Below are positions 39,749 to 51,344 of a stretch of 64,000 nt of DNA, in pieces. The DNA comes from Mustelus asterias (Eukaryota), in NCBI RefSeq assembly GCF_964213995.1, contig NC_135801.1, positions 106,764,001 through 106,828,000 on the forward strand, in the 5' to 3' direction. The notes under the pieces were generated by a model. That model was not told the origin of the DNA and did no database searches. It saw only the letters and a program-made list of their open reading frames with translations. Numbering within the stretch: the stretch's first letter is position 1; every line of letters starts with the position of its first letter. Both the position numbers and the translations under genes were made by a program.

Positions 39749-40067
39749 CCGGCCTTTTGGCTAAGATCAAGTGTAGTATGGATCGCCTGCACTTGGTTGA
39801 GGTCATTAGGTTACACTGAAGCTTCATATGTTTCATATGAAGCAATTTTTAAAAGCGGCATCTCGGCCTTTTGGCTAAGATGCAAATGAGCCCAAGTCTT
39901 GGAGGAGGAACGTCCCCCTTCTCCAATCAGCTTGGCTCATGTAGATCAGGCCCAGGACAGGGTGGTTTGGTTACTTGCCCTGTCTTGTCAGCCTGGATCT
40001 GAAATGTCTCAACTTGTTGAGACTCTGAATTGGATTTGATTTGATTGAATTGGAAAAGTATTAAAAA
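39749..40067 (+). mobile_element. Retroposed insert with two U2 snRNA 5' segments, hairpins and an A-tail (candidate U2-derived SINE)
   Basis: 39750-39779 is identical to U2 nt 10-39 (CGGCCTTTTGGCTAAGATCAAGTGTAGTAT). 39861-39881 is identical to U2 nt 7-27. A-tail present. 14-bp TSD AAATGTC(C/T)GTGGCT at 39735-39748 and 40068-40081. Confidence 0.8.
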
Positions 40068-40751
40068 AAATGTCTGTGGCTTGAAGAGCTTTGGCTCAAT
40101 CAAGCTTCAGATATTGTAAAGGATCAGGGAGGGGCAAGTTACCTATGCACCTTGTTTCAGAAGGAAGTCACATCCCCTTAGGTTAGTGTTGTCTGCTTTG
40201 GTCAGTGGTCAGGGACAGGAGGGTGTATCTGTGAGACAGGCAGGTAAGGTGATTCAAAAGGTAGGTATGGAGGTGATTCAGAAGGTAGGTATGAAGGAGA
40301 TTCAGCCCTTTCAGTTGAGCAACAATTTCAAGGTTCTTGCAGCTTGTACGGACAACAGTGAGGGCTGTAGTGTGGATGAACATGGCACCATAGTACAGGA
40401 ATCCATCTGAGTGGGGGGCGTTAAAAAGAATGTCGTGGTAGTAGGGGACAGTATAGTCAAGAGGGTGGATACAGTTCTCCACAGCTGAGAGCAAGAATCC
40501 AGAAGGCTGTGTTGTATTCAAAGGTTGGGGACATCTGCTGAGGGGTGGAGGGGAACTTGCAGTGGGAAGGGAAGGATCTAGTTGTCATGATCCATGTAGA
40601 TACCACAACATCGGTCAGACTAGGAAAGAGGTCCTCCATAGGGAATATGAGGAGCTAGGCACTAAATGAACAAGCAGAATCTTAAAGATAGCAACCTTTT
40701 AGATTATTACCTGAGCCACGTGTAAATTGACATAGGGTAAAAGTGATTAGA

Positions 40752-41289
40752 GTCATAGAGGTGTACAGCATGGAAACAAGCCCTTCGGCCCAACTTGTCC
40801 ATGCTGTCCTTTTTTTTTAAACCCCTAAGCTAATCCCAATTGCCCGCATTTGGCCCATATCCCTCTATACCCATCTTACCCATGTATCTGTCTAAACGCT
40901 TTTTAAAAGACACAATTGTACCCGCCTCTACTACTACCTCTGGCAGCTTGTTCCAGACAATCACCACCCTGTGTGTGAAAAAATTGTCCCTCTGGACCCT
41001 TTTGTATCTCTCCCCTCTCACCTTAAATCTATGCCCTCTAGTTTTAGACTCCCCTACATTTGGGAAAATATATTGACTGTCTAGCTGATCTGTGCCCCTC
41101 ATTATTCTATAGACCTCTATAAGATCACCCCTCAGCCTTCTATGCTCCAGAGAAAAAAGTCCCAATCTATCCAGCCTCTCCTTATAACTCAAACCATCAA
41201 GTCCCGGTAGCATCCTAGTAAATCTTTTCTGCACTCTTTCTAGTTTAATAATATCCTTTCTATAATAGGGTGACCAGAACTGTACACAG
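40752..41289 (-). mobile_element. Young CR1 3' fragment nested in the older CR1
   Basis: CVQFWSPYYRKDIIKLERVQKRFTRMLPGL... is open to the natural stop. Same subfamily as 5551-5975. Confidence 0.92.
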
Positions 41290-44200
41290 TTAGAGATGAA
41301 TGAGATTAGAGAGATGAATGCGTGACTCAAAGATTGGTGTGGCAGAAATGGGTTCCAATTAGTGAGGCAATGGCACAGTACTGGGGAAAGTGGGAGCTGT
41401 ACCACTGTGATGGACTACACCTGAACCATGCTAGAATCAGTGTTCTTGTGAGTTGTATAATTAGCTAAGTAGAGGGCTTAAAACTAAATAGTTCGGGGGT
41501 CGGGGGGGGGGGGGGGGGGGGGGCGGTTGCGTGGAGGGATCATGTAGGGGCAGATTGAGTAAATGAAATTGAATAACAAGGAAGATCAAGGTAACAATTA
41601 AAATAATGATAATCTGAGTTTGACAGGAAGGGACTTGGATTGTAAACTGAAGAGTATGGCAGCTGATAGGGTCAGAGTTTACAAAAAAAACTAAATTAAG
41701 AGCTTTGTATCTAAATGCCCGCAGCATTCATAATAAAACAGATGAGTTCAAAGCTCAAATTGAAATTCATACATGTGAACTGATAGCCATTAGATCGCTA
41801 CAAGAAAAACAAAGCTGGGACCTCCATATCGAAGGAAGTTGAGACTTTAGGGAAGGACAGGAAGCTGGGGTAGTTCTGTTTGGCTGGAACTAAGTAACAG
41901 CAAAGAACAGAAAACATTGGCCAGAGTTGTTTATATACCAATAAACAGCAGTGGTAATGTAAATTACATTATAAATCATTAAATTAGAGGTGTGTATAAC
42001 AAGAGCAATACAGTAATCATGGGGCTTTCAATCTTCATATAAATTGGGTAAACATTATTGGTATTAATTTTGTGGAGGACACATTCTTGGAACGGATGTA
42101 AGATGGCTTTCTAGAACAGTACACATCGAGGAAGGGAATAGGGAATGGGTTATTCTAGATCTAGTATTGTGCACCGAGAAACACAATTATCTTATTGTAA
42201 AGGTACCTTTAGGAAAGGGTGACCATAATATGATAGAATTGAGAAACTAGGTCCTAAGTTTAAACAAACAAAACTATGAAGATTTGAGGGGCAAACTGGC
42301 TATGGTGGAATGAGAAACTACATTAAATGGGGCTCAAGTACTGATCCTTGGGCACCCCCACTAGTCACAGCCTGCCAACCTGAAAATAAGCCATTTATTC
42401 CTACTTTCTGTTTTTTCTCCGTTATCCAGTTCTCATTCTTTGTCATTATGATGGTGGACAGGAATGATTAACATTTAATAAACTAATACATCGTTTGCAA
42501 CAAAAATACATTCCTTTAATGCACAAAAGCCCAGAAAGTAGTGTTCCAAATGTGGTTAATGAAAGAAATCAAGGACTGTATAGGACCAAAGGAAGAGGGA
42601 ATTAAAGGAAGAGGGGCCCAAGAAAAGGTAAGCCTGAGAATTTGAAGCAAATGCTGCAAACAATGACAAAGAAAATATTAATAAAGGGAAAATAGAATAT
42701 GAGAGTAAACTAGCGACACACAAAAACAAAATGCAAAAGCTGCAAGTATGTAAAAAGGAAGAGATTAGCAAAACTAATTACAAAAAATTACAGAGTCAAG
42801 AGAATTTATAATAGGGAATTAGGAAACGGCAGAGAAACTACACAAATAGTTTTTGTCTGTCTTCACAGCGGAAAATACTAAAAACCTCCCAAAAAGCTGG
42901 AGAATCAAGAGAATAGCCTAAACAAGGAACTGCAAAATTACTATCAGTAAAAAATTGTACTAGAGAAATTAATGCGACTTAAAGTAGATAAAGCCACTGG
43001 ACCTGATGATCTACATCTCAGAGTGTTGAAAGAGATGGCTGCAGTGCGCTAGTGGTCATCATTCAAAATTCGCTAAACTCTGGAACAGAATAGCTCCTGC
43101 AGACTTGAAAATGGCAAATATGATCCCCCTAAATTTAAGGATATAGTGAAAAAACAGGGAACTACAGATCTGTTAGCCTGACATCAATAGTAGGGAAACT
43201 GCTCGAATCTATTATAAAGGATGCGATAAATGGACACTTAGACAATCATGGTCTGATTAGGCATAGACAGCATGGATTTATAAAAGGGAAATCATGTTTA
43301 ACAAATCTGTTGGGAGTTTTTAAGGATGTAACTAGCAGAATAGATAAGGGAGAACTGATGGATGTGGTATATTTAGATTTTCAGAATGCTTTTGAATAAG
43401 ATCCCAGATAAGGTTGGTAAGTAAAATTAGAGCATGTGGGATTGGGGGAAATATACTGGAAAAGAGTGAGAATTGATTAACGAACAGAAAACAGAAAGTA
43501 GGAATAAATGGTTCATTTTCAGGTTGGCAGGCTGTAACTAGTGAGAGGCTAAGTCAATGGGCAAAAATTTGGCAAATAGATTACAATGTGGAGAAATGTG
43601 AGGTTAGCCACTTTGGTTGGAAAAACAGAGATACAGAATTTTTCTTAAACGGTGAAAGGTTGGGAAGTGTTGAATGTCAAAGAGACATGGATGTTCTTAT
43701 TCATGAGTCACTGAAAGTTACCTTGCAGATACAGCAAGCAATTAAGACAAAGGTACGTTGGCCTTTATTACATGAGGAGTTGAGTATAAGAGTAAAGATG
43801 TCTTACTGCAACTATATAGAGCCTTGGTGAGACCACACTTTTTGTGAAGTTTTGGTCTCCTTACCCAATGAAATATATAATTGCCATAGAGGGAATGCGA
43901 CTAAGGTTCACCAAACTAATTCCTGGGATGGAGGAATTGTCCTATGAAGAAAGACTAAATAGACTGGACCTTTTCTTTCTGGGCTTTGGAAGAATGAGAG
44001 GACATCTTATTCAAACATACAAAATTCAAATAAGGCTTGACAAGCTAGATGCAGGAAGAATGACATTTTCTCTTGTTGGAGGTTCTAGAACCAGGGGGTG
44101 GAATCTCAGAATAAGGGGTAGGCCTTTTGGACTGAGATGAGAAGGAATTTCTTCACTCAGGGAGGATGGTGAATCTTTGAAATTCTGTGCCCATTGAGCA

Positions 44201-44623
44201 TGTTTAAGCTGAGATTGATGGATAGTGCAGGAAAATGGTGTTGAGGTAGAAGATCAACCATTAAGTCATTGAATGGTGGAGTGGGCTCAAAGGCCTATTC
44301 CTACTCTTATTTCTTTTGTCCTTACTCGACCTTTCGAGCCTTCTCTGCCATTCCATGGCTGATTGGAGTGTGGCTTAAACTCCACATTCTGCCTACCCCC
44401 AATAGCCTTTGGCTCCCTTGTTAGTCAAGAATCTATCTACATGTGCCTTACTGAGCCTGCTTCCACCATCAAAGGTTCACACTCAGAGAAAAGAAATGTC
44501 TTCTCATCTGTGTCATAAATGGGAGACCCCTTATTCTTAAACTGTGATTTAGAGGACATTGCAGCTTTTAAATATAGTTTAACAAGGTGCCCAATTATAG
44601 AATTCTCTTCAGACGATACGCAC

Positions 44624-44803
44624 CATGCATGCAGCCTGCACAGCCTCAGATACATTTCCTGCATTCGGTTCACACCAGAAGACGTGACACTCAAAACGTT
44701 GATTTCCTGTGTCCATAATAAAGGCAAAGGTATGGATATCTTTCCCCACTCCTATAAACGATAGGAAACGAACACGGCACTCCAACAAAACCTCATCTTC
44801 ATC
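44624..44803 (-). CDS. APBB2: APBB2 coding exon (PTB2 C-terminal half), 180 nt
   Basis: cag|[60 protein letters not shown]|gtgcgt; phase 0/0. Confidence 0.96.
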
Positions 44804-45209
44804 CTGCTCCAGGTGGGTGTAGAAAAATAAGAGCAACTGTTGTCATACAGATGACTGTAATGGGTTCATTTTTCTTAATTAATTTTAGACAAATGGAAAC
44901 ATTTTAGTAATGCATGAAATTAAAATTTGGACAATACAGATTTTAATCACCAACTAAAAGGTATGAGACACCAATTTAAAATTATTAACCACTCCAAAAG
45001 CCAGCGATCAGAGAATACCTTCAAATGTTGGTGGGAAAGTCTCTCCTTTGATGGCAGCATGGTATCTTTGTCCTCTTTGATATATCTTTTAAATTATTAT
45101 ATGCTATTTAAAATTTATTTCAACTATATAAAAAACTGACCAAATATTCCAAGGATGTTGCCGGAGAGAAAAGGAGGAATTCATTGACACAGAATCTTCC
45201 ATTACTCAC

Positions 45210-45325
45210 CTTCTGCCTTATCACGGTAACAGTGGCATCAGCAACATTCATAATAACAGATATCCAGTCTTCCTTGTTAGTCGTGGTCAGTAAGCTCTCA
45301 ATTGCTCCATTCAGTATTTCTATAC
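45210..45325 (-). CDS. APBB2: APBB2 coding exon (PTB2), 116 nt
   Basis: tag|(G)IEILNGAIESLLTTTNKEDWISVIMNVADATVTVIRQK|gtgagt; phase 1/0. Confidence 0.95.
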
Positions 45326-46301
45326 CTACCAATCACAGCAGAGAAGTGAAAGATTTATTAGTCAACATTCTTCCAATAAAAGGGGCTTATATTGGAACTT
45401 GGAGCTGAAAAACGAAGCAGAGTCGGGGTGGGGGTGAGGATTTTCAGACAGGAAATCTGGAAGTAAGGGTTTCTTCCATGCCCTGTTGTATGCACCACAG
45501 AACAGCTTATAAAAATTGTCAACAGATTTCCTGCCCAACAGTCAGCCTGTCTGACGGAGTGGATAGCTGTCAGACTAGAAAACCAAGAAACAGAAGTTCG
45601 CTTCACTCAAGGGTAGTCACTGAATGTATTCAAAAAAGGAGTAGTTTTAAAAAAGATTTTAATGGCATCAAGGGGTAGAGGGAGAAAGTATAAATATGGC
45701 ATTAAGACAGAGGATCAGCCATGATCATATTGAATGGCAGAGCAGACTCGAAGGGCCAAATAGCCTACTCTTGCTCCCAGTTTCTACATGCCAGGTAAGT
45801 GTAACATTGAGGGCAGAGTTGGGACAATATAGACATTGTGGAGAATTCTGGTTCCATGTATTAAAAGTAGAAAATGGAATAAAATGGAAGTGTGCAAGCC
45901 TCCTTTAAAAAAATTCCTGAGTTCGGATTGGTTCCCCATCCCCTTACCCACCTCAGTTTAAGCATGAAATTAGTAGTTTAGGTTGAGTTGAGAACTTCAA
46001 CATTTTTACTCATCTGCCCATCTCCAACACACCCATTGTTGGGGGTTAAATGCACCTAATGTAAGTACATCTTTCATTACTTTTGTCTCGTTTTTAAAAA
46101 GAGGTATTTCAGTTACTTTACACTTTGTAATTATTTGGAAATAACACATCAAATGGATATTAGAATGATTCTTATCCTTTAAAATTGTACAACAAATTAG
46201 TGGAATATTGCGTTGAAGAAATATATCTAACATTTTGGCCTATTTTTATCCAGAACAAAAACAATACGATGTTCAAATATTTTTAATCCACTATAATTTA
46301 C

Positions 46302-46385
46302 CTAATGGTTTGGCCACAGGCAACACACCGAGGTACTGAACATGAAACTTCTGTACCAATTCCATCTTTGGTGTTGGGAAATCTA
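46302..46385 (-). CDS. APBB2: APBB2 coding exon (start of PTB2), 84 or 81 nt
   Basis: ctgtag|tag|ATTTCC...: (V)DFPTPKMELVQKFHVQYLGVLPVAKPL|gtaaat; phase 1/1. Confidence 0.95.
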
Positions 46386-47280
46386 CTACAGAGCAGAAAC
46401 AAATTTAGGCATGTCAAATTACATTTTCTCTTACTGCATGCATTAGGTAGTAATATCCATTTTATTACATTGATACAACTTATAGGCACCAACCAGAGTT
46501 CTTTGCTTGCATGCTCACCAACCCAAGATTCCTCCCCATTAATTAAGATGGGCAGGAAATTCACAGGCAGTGGCAAACTCCAGACTACAAACTCAAAATA
46601 GTACATGAAAATCTAAATTCTTAAAGGCAACATACTATTGGACCATTGTGATTGTAATAATTTTTCATGGCGTTAATATAAAAATTGCAATAATGTATTA
46701 TAAAGCTCTCACAATACTGAATTGCCTCCATTTATGGAGGTATATTAATTTGCAAAAAATATAGTTGCACCACCAATATTGTGACTGCATTACAAATAAT
46801 GATTCAATGCATCATAATGTTATGATGATAGGAGATTTGGTTATTGTATGTTCACAGATGGATTATTTTCTTAAATCCATTAATGGTCTAATTATATTCT
46901 CAGTAAATCAGAATTACAGTTTATGTTAAAATGTTTTGAACTTTAATTTGTTCTATTCATTTGCAGGGTCAGCTCTTTGTTATTTTCTTGTTTATGTGAC
47001 CAACACAATTAAGGTACATGAATAGGATGATATAAAGATGAAAATAAAGTTAAGAGTCCAGTATTTATTTAACCTCTCATGACCTCAGTATATTCCAAAG
47101 TGTTTTAGAACCAATGAAATACTTCTGAAGTACAGTGTTACAAATGTGGCACCCAATCAGCACACAGTCATAAACTGCAACAACATAAATGACCAGATAA
47201 TTTGTTATGGTCATGTTTGTTGACTGAGGGATAAATATTTTCCCAAGAGACCAGGGAGAACACGTCTTTTTATTCAAGTT

Positions 47281-47952
47281 CGGGGGACATGGGTGATGCC
47301 TGCTGGTCAGTATTTATTGCCCATCCCTAGTTGCCAGAGGGCAGTTGAGAGTCAACCACATTGCTGAGACTCTGGAGTCACATGTAGGCCAGATCAGGTA
47401 AGGATGGCAGATTTCCTTCCCTAAAGGACATTAGTGAACCAGATGGGGTTTTAAAAATCGACAATGGTTTCGTGGTCATCAGTGGATCCTTAATTCCAGA
47501 TCATTTTTAAAATTCAAATTTCACCATCTGCTGTGGCGTGATTCAAACCCGGGTCCCCAGAACATCAGCTGAGTTTCTGGATTAATAGTCTAGCGATAGG
47601 GGCGGCACGGTGGCGAAGTGGTTAACACTGCTGCCTCATAGCTCCAGGGACCTGGATTTGATTCCTGGCTTGAGTCACTGTGTGGAGTTTGCACATTCTC
47701 CCTGTGTCTGCGTGGATTTCCTTCCGGTGCTCCGGTTTCCTCCCACAGTCCAAAGATGTGCAGGTTAGGTGCATTGGCCATGCTAAATTGCCCCTTAATG
47801 TCCCGGGGTGTGTAGGTTAGAGGGATTAGCGGGGTAAATATATAGGGTTATGGGGATAGGGCCTAGGTGGGATTGTTGCCAGTGCAGACTTGATGGGCCG
47901 AATGGCCCCCTTCTGCACTGTAGGGTTTGTATAATATGATAATACCACTAGG
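47281..47952 (-). mobile_element. Second SINE family (tRNA-like head, LINE-type tail), split by an HE1 copy
   Basis: Core GGCAGATTTCCTTCCCTAAAGGACATTAGTGAACCAGATGGG recurs at ~52140, ~53230 and ~57120. The tail TTTATTGCCCATCCCTAGTTGCC is shared with the LINE fragment at ~4453. Confidence 0.7.
47599..47937 (+). mobile_element. Full-length HE1-type SINE
   Basis: GGGGCGGCACGGTGGCGAAGTGGTTAAC head, core domain, CTTCTGCACTGTAGGG tail. Confidence 0.9.
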
Positions 47953-48246
47953 TTTCCACTTCCCTTTGCTCTTCTTTCAAATAGTGTTGTGGAATCTTTT
48001 GCAACCACTTGAGAAGGACAGGTAGGGCCTTTGTTTAACATATTTTATAGTACATTCAGCAGAATAGCACTCCCATGAGTACCGCAATGGACAGCCAGTC
48101 TAGATTAGCCATTCAAATCTTTGTAGTGAACCCATAACTTTCTGATTCAGAGACCACAGGGCCACCACTGAACCATGGCTATTTTCTTTTTAAAAAGCCA
48201 CAATCTAATGAAATGGGCTAGTTCTGTTTGGTCAGAAAAATGTTAC

Positions 48247-48334
48247 CTTGTAGAGGAACATCAAGGTTCACATTGACTCGATCCTGAGAAATGCTGCAAG
48301 CCACAGCTTTGGCATTCCTACGTTCCGCCATAAT
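48247..48334 (-). CDS. APBB2: APBB2 coding exon (PTB1-PTB2 linker), 88 nt
   Basis: ctacag|IMAERRNAKAVACSISQDRVNVNLDVPLQ+G|gtaaca; phase 0/1. Confidence 0.95.
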
Positions 48335-48429
48335 CTGTAGAAAAGATGAACAGGTTATCATTCTAAATTGATGAAATACACTTCACGCACTGGCTCATAC
48401 AGTATTAGTCGCTAGTATAACAGTATACA

Positions 48430-48800
48430 GTTAATCACCACTGGTGTTCCCCAAGGATCTATCTTTGGTCCCATTCTATTTCTCATCTACATGTTCCCCT
48501 TTGCCAACATTAGCTGAAATCACAGCATCAGTTTTCACATTCGTAGTGATGACACCAGCTTTATTCCATCACTACTTCCCTTGACCCCTTTGCTGACTCT
48601 AAATTATCAGACTTATGTGATGAATAGAAATTTCCCCCAATTAGATACTGAGAAGACAAAGGAACCCGCCACAAACTCCAGGCCCTAGTCACTAACCCTG
48701 TCCCTTTACCAGGCAGCTGCCCGAAACTGAACCAGACTGTTAGCAAACTCAAACTCGACTCCTGGATGAGCTTTCAACCACATTTCTGTACAATCACTTC
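48430..48800 (+). mobile_element. L2-type RT fragment
   Basis: GGTGTTCCCCAAGGATCT..CTTTGGTCCCATTCTATTTCTCATCTACATG (GVPQGS..GPILFLIYM) followed by GATGACACCAG. Confidence 0.7.
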
Positions 48801-49457
48801 TTTTCTGTTTTCTGCAGACTCCTGGTTTCCTCCCTCCCTCATTTATTCCTGCTTTCACTAAAATTTATTTGTTCATGGGATGGGGGTGTCACTGACTAGG
48901 CCTATCGTCAATTGACCTAGATGGTGGTGAGCTGCCTTGAACTGCTGCAGTCCATGTGCTGTAGGTACACCCAGTGCTGTTAGGGTGGGAGTTCTGGAAT
49001 TTTGATTCAATGACAGTGAAGGAATGACGATATAGTTCCAAGTCAGGATGGTGTGGGGTTTGGAGGGGAACTTGCAGGTGGTGGTGTTTTCTTGCATTTG
49101 CTGTCCTTGTCCTTCGAGGTAGCAGTGATTGTGGGTTCAGAAGGTGCAATTAAAGGAGATATGGCGAGTTGCTGCTGTGCATCTTGTAGATGGTACACAC
49201 TATTATTGAGAGTTTATCTCGAGCTTATTTGGCTTCTCACTCCAGACAAAATCTTACTGAAGGCAATGGGCTCTTGTTCCTAAACATTTATGTACATGCT
49301 AACTATTTACAAAGATTAAATAAAACCAAGACAGAGCTGGAGCTACTCTGAGATGCTTCACACTTGTCTCCTCTCTGAGTGACACCACGGTGATGCAGCT
49401 CCTAATGCACAGATTCAGTAGCTATCCTTGGATTTAAACCTTTACCCACAGTGCTAC

Positions 49458-49774
49458 CATAGAAACCCTACAGTGCAGAATGAGGCCATTTGGCCCATTG
49501 AGTCTGCATTGACCACAATCCCACCCAGGCCCTACCCCCATATCCCTACATATTTACCCGCTAATCCCTCTAATCTATGCAACTCAGGACACTAAGGGGC
49601 AATTTTAGCATGGCCAATCAACCTTTGGACTGTGGGAGGAAACCGGAGCACCCGGAGGAAACCCACGCAGACATGAAGAGAATGTGCAAACTCCACACAG
49701 ACAGTGACCCAAGCCGGGAATCGAACCCAGGTCCCTGGAGCTGTGAAGCAGCAGTGCTAACCACTGTGCCGCCC
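49458..49774 (-). mobile_element. HE1-type SINE
   Basis: Reverse complement of the HE1 head, core and CR1-type tail. Confidence 0.9.
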
Positions 49775-51344
49775 GTGTGGCACACACGGTGCTCCACACC
49801 AGTGTGGAAATAGTGAGTGTTTAATGGGGTGGCAATCAAGCAGACTTCTGCATGCTAGATGGTGTCAAGCATCGTTAGTGTCGTTGGGACTGCTTATCCA
49901 GGCAACCAGAGCGTATCAGGAAAACGTCAGCAGGGCAATGCCACCTGAGCTTTTAAATAAAAAGCCTCAAGCTTTTACAAAATTGACGAGTTCACCACCA
50001 TCAGCATCTTTGGGAGTCACTACCAACTAGAAGTTGAAATAGATCAACAGCAAGTGACAAATGGCTCATCATTTGATCCTTCAAAGCATCTCTCCCATCT
50101 ACAAGAGCTAAAGTGTGATTCTTTCAACATTTACCTAGATGGGTGCAGTCACAAAAGCAAAAAGCTCAACATCATCCAAAGTCACATTGATCCATTGCGC
50201 TGCTGGTGGACTCCCATTTCCTTCATCTGAATATATTCTAGTCAAGAGATCCTCAACATTTGAGGCACAGCATTTACAGGAATGCACATCTATCTAAATA
50301 ACAACTAGTCTCCCGTACGTTTAATCACCAATGACTGGCCTGCATGTGTGGAGAATAATCACACGAAATTTTAAATTATTGAAAATGGCACAAAATACAT
50401 ATTTTGCAAAATATATTTTAAAAAATTAAAATTTAGATAGATTGGGATACAATAGAAGTTTCACAGAAAAAGAAAAAGTTAATTCAAAACTTTTGAAAAT
50501 GTATTTATTAGTGTCCTGGCTACTAAACGTTTCAGCTTAATTTTTGGAGCATCCCTGAATACAAATGAGAGCAATGGATGGAAACTCCCGGGCATGATTA
50601 ATGCACCCTGGGCATATGGACAGTTTTGTGGGCAGGACAGGCTTCTAGTGCAATATTCTTACAACCAATGCAAAGGATTGTGAAATGTGATTGGCACGGA
50701 ATGCAATTTGTACTTGGAATTCCTCAATCCTTTGGATCGGATACACCAACATCAGGTAAATGCATAAATAAACTACTCGGTCAAGTGGAAAATCCAGGTC
50801 ACTATCTTGGACTTGCATGAGTACATGGTATCAAGTTCGCCTTACAGACATGTTTAAATTCAGATGAAAGTAATGTCTAATTTCAGAAAAGGTAGATTAA
50901 CAATCTACAATATATAAACCATATCCAAAACATCCACATGGGAAACTGTTAATCCCAAATGTGAACAGTATTGTAATATTCATATCTGTCAAACAAAAGC
51001 AAGAACACTGAACAGACCATATCACTCAACATTCACATTGACAACTTGTTCTAACCACTACAGTCAATTGCCTCCAAAAACCCTATTTAGTGACTGGAAA
51101 AACAACAAATGTTTCATGATTTCATTTAGTGGCAAAATCAACATATTCTGACAAACTGCAGTGTAAGTCCATTAAATTTTTGCCATATTCAAATTACTTT
51201 GTTGGTTTAAACGTTTAATCACTCTTAAAAATATTACAAGTTAATAGCAAAAATTAAAGCACAAATGTAGCAAGAAACTAAATTGTCTTAAAACATAAAT
51301 CACACCAACACATTTATTGTACCAATTTACATGCTGACAGTTTA

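Larger units (their letters stand above)
39330..44325 (+). mobile_element. Near full-length decayed CR1 in the last APBB2 intron (antisense to the gene), with nested insertions
   Basis: ORF1 zinc finger CSMWELL...HICSKCLWLEEL, esterase VVVGDSIV (~40433), endonuclease (~41700), RT (~43150-43550), C-terminus and tail to ~44325. Confidence 0.88.

Noticed and set aside
39750-39881. Functional U2 snRNA gene(s)
   Set aside because: Only nt 10-39 and 7-27 match. The rest of U2 is absent, and the segment is a TSD-flanked insert inside a CR1.
40245-40305. Short tandem repeat (AGGTGATTCAGAAGGTAGGTATGG-like, ~2.5 units) as a CRISPR-like array
   Set aside because: No unique spacers and a eukaryotic context. 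It is a local duplication inside CR1 ORF1.
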